A stretch of 64,000 nt of DNA, from the NCBI RefSeq assembly GCF_009914755.1, contig NC_060925.1. The stretch is one strand, 5' to 3'. The position numbers and the translations under genes were made by a program. This DNA comes from the human T2T-CHM13v2.0 reference genome, Homo sapiens. This document shows positions 61,491 to 64,000 of the stretch, piece after piece; positions within the stretch are counted from its first letter, which is position 1, and the number at the start of each line of letters is the position of its first letter. Below the pieces are notes generated by a model, which saw only the letters and a program-made list of their open reading frames with translations, ran no database searches and was not told the origin of the DNA.

Positions 61491-64000
61491 CCTGACATTA
61501 TTCTGCCTCCCAGAGGCTCTGAGCCCCTGGGAATACACATGCAGTTGATTCCACCTCCCACATATGGAGCCAAGAAGGGCTTCCTTAGGTCCACCCCAAA
61601 CTTCACATGCTGTAGGACAAGCCCAATTCCCTCTGTGGGTTCTTTACTGGGGGATGGTGAACAGTTGGCCTCTGGGCTCAGCACAGGAGGCCCCAGAAAG
61701 CCTGGAAGATGTGGGCAAGCATCTGTGCCCCTAAAGCTGACGGCGGCTCCTCCAGCCTTCTCTACCTGGTTCTGGTGTCCAGCCCTTGGACTCCAGGGTG
61801 GTGGCCCTTCCCAGCTCCTCATCTCTGCCCAGGTTCCCAGGCTGGAGCCCTGCTCGCTCGAGGAGGACCTGGCAGAGCACTCTCCTCAGGGGCCACTCAG
61901 ATATAGAGAAAGAACTGTAGTCCACCTGGGCAGGTAGCAGCGGGGGGGTTCCCCAGCAAGGTGGCAGATCCTGCTCCCTGGCCAGGGGCTTTCCAAGGGA
62001 CGAAGGCAATCCTCGCCTTGTCCTTTCCTGGGCCAGGGGCCAGGGTAAGGCAGAACTCTACGGTGCCTTCTTCCGTTTTCACACAGCCATTTGCCCCTTC
62101 TCACACCCAGCTCCTTTCTTCCTGCTGTTTCTTCTTCCCAGAGCACCCCTGGCCTCTGACGTCACAGGCCTAAATACTGTGTGTCCTCTGGGTCCAGCCT
62201 CAATGCCACCTTTTCCAAGGTGCTAAGGCTGCCTGGGGCTGGGAATTCAGTTAACCCGTAAATCCACTAACAGCCACTCTTTCTGAGGGCTTGCTATGTG
62301 CTGTCTAAGGCTCATGACAGCCTTAGCAATGAGCTCTCTACAGCTCTGCTCTGTGGAAGAAAAGGTGAGGCTTGGTGGCTTGTCCTGGGTTCCTCAGGCA
62401 GTAAATGGCCAAGTGGGGATTAGAACCAAGGCTTGTCGGACTCCAGGCCTGTGCTTTTCAGAGCGTATCACTTGTGAAGTCTTTCCCAGATACAGGAGAA
62501 GGAAGGATATTCAAGCAGTTAGGAGTGTTTGGAGAACTGGCTAAGGCTGAGTTGGACTGGCAATGAAGCCATAGGCTTGCTGATCCCCTGGGTGCCAGGG
62601 CACGTATCTTGTCGGAGGTGAGGCCAGCTGGAGTCCTGGGGAGGTGGGGCAGGACAGGCACTGTCTCCCAGGATAACCTTATCCCCCATTCTCCAACCTC
62701 TATCCCTGCCCAGTCTGCCTTTCCAGATTCCTTTACTCTCTTGGATGTGCAGAAACCTACCTTTTCTTGAAACCACCTCCAGGAAGCCCCTTTGGATTTA
62801 AGAGACAATATAGGATCAGGGAAAGAGCAAAGGTTTCAGAGCCAAAGCTGTATTGGATTCTTACTAGCAGTGTGACCTTTCTTTCTGAGCCTTCCTGAGT
62901 TGAGTGTTCTCGACTCTAACATGGGGATAATAATGCCACCCCGGCAGGCCAGACCTCGCACCTCTCTGCCTCCCTGCCCCATGCGGTCAGAATCAGGATG
63001 TCCCCCAGTTTTATCTTCTAATTGTCTTGTGTGTGTCTGGCCACTGCAGCCTCAAGGCATTCCTAGTCTGGGAATGTCTCGGGGGTAACCCCTCCCCAGA
63101 TCTTCTGTAACTTACAGCATCGAAAGGCTGGGTCACAGAGGTAACCCAGGAGAAAATAATGTTCTCCCCATCACTGGGTCCGGTGTGATGCCAATATTGA
63201 GGATAAAGGTGAGAGCACAGGTTCTAGTGAGGGACGCCCAAGACCACAGAGCATTTGCTTCTTAGGTCCAGGTGGTGCCACAGTCAGGAAGGTGTCCTAG
63301 ATGGTTTAGACATGGGGAATGGACAGACAGGCCTGGGTTTGGACCCTCACTTTGCTATGGCCAGGGCACCACATGGCCTCCCAGTCACAGCAGTCAGACC
63401 CTGAAGGGGCCTCAGAATTCATCAAGTCCTTCATCTCAGGACAGGGACTTGCTCAAGGTCGCAGAACGAGACACGGTAGAGGCAGAGGAGGCCCGGTGCT
63501 GTCTACAAATGGAGGACAGCAGGAGAAGGGAAGTTTTTATTGCCTTTCCTGCCTCTCCCACCTGCCCAGGCACACCTTTGCCAGGCGCTATGGCCTCCCT
63601 CCCACCCTCACACCCTTTGGTTCATTCGATATTTGTTGGTTTATTTGATATTTATCAGTTCAGTATTTAACGATCCATTCAATATTTATCAGTTACCTAT
63701 TATGTGCAGGTCCTGCTCATTTAATATTTTAATATTTGTTGATTACCTATTATGTGCAGGTCCTGTTCTAGGGCTTGGGATTAAGTAGTGACTAAAATAC
63801 AGAGGCCATCCCTCATCTAGCCCTGAATACCTGCTCAGCCAAGAACCACCGATCCCCGCCCTCCCGGCTGTGCCAGATACCATCTTTACCAAATTTTTGG
63901 TAGATTTTCAGCCTAGAACACACAGTTTTGCCCCGAATTACACACCTGCCTCATCATTCATCATCATTTCACTGTCCATCTTGTCTCCAGGCCAGGAGCA

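Noticed and set aside
61290-61937. Longest non-WNT4 ORF (215 aa, + strand)
   Set aside because: Starts inside a MIR, shows no recognisable domain and lies in stop-poor GC-rich intron.

Overview
Primate (almost certainly human) genomic DNA from the CDC42-WNT4 locus (1p36.12 by gene content). The + strand carries the distal part of CDC42 intron 1, all shared coding exons (2-5) and both mutually exclusive terminal exons: the brain isoform ending CCIF at 27691-27780 and the ubiquitous isoform ending CVLL at 29176-29265, each with its own 3' UTR. The - strand carries WNT4 exons 3-5 and its 3' UTR, convergent with CDC42. CDC42 exon 1 and WNT4 exons 1-2 lie outside the window. CDC42 intron 1 holds an antisense MPHOSPH6 processed pseudogene, about 20 Alus, several solo LTRs (two with readable TSDs) and a likely exonised Alu. 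Nearly all short ORFs in the supplied track are Alu, L1, MIR or GC-rich shadow ORFs. I see no evidence for a wholly new gene system. The best leads are RNA-processing and regulatory: a MIR-derived distal poly(A) signal that would give CDC42 a ~10 kb UTR, Alu exons, a cryptic poison acceptor, a back-splice ORF, a tandem duplication in the WNT4 3' UTR and an intergenic CTCF motif. Exon coordinates were checked against splice sites and reading frame. Repeat boundaries and subfamily names are by eye and approximate.
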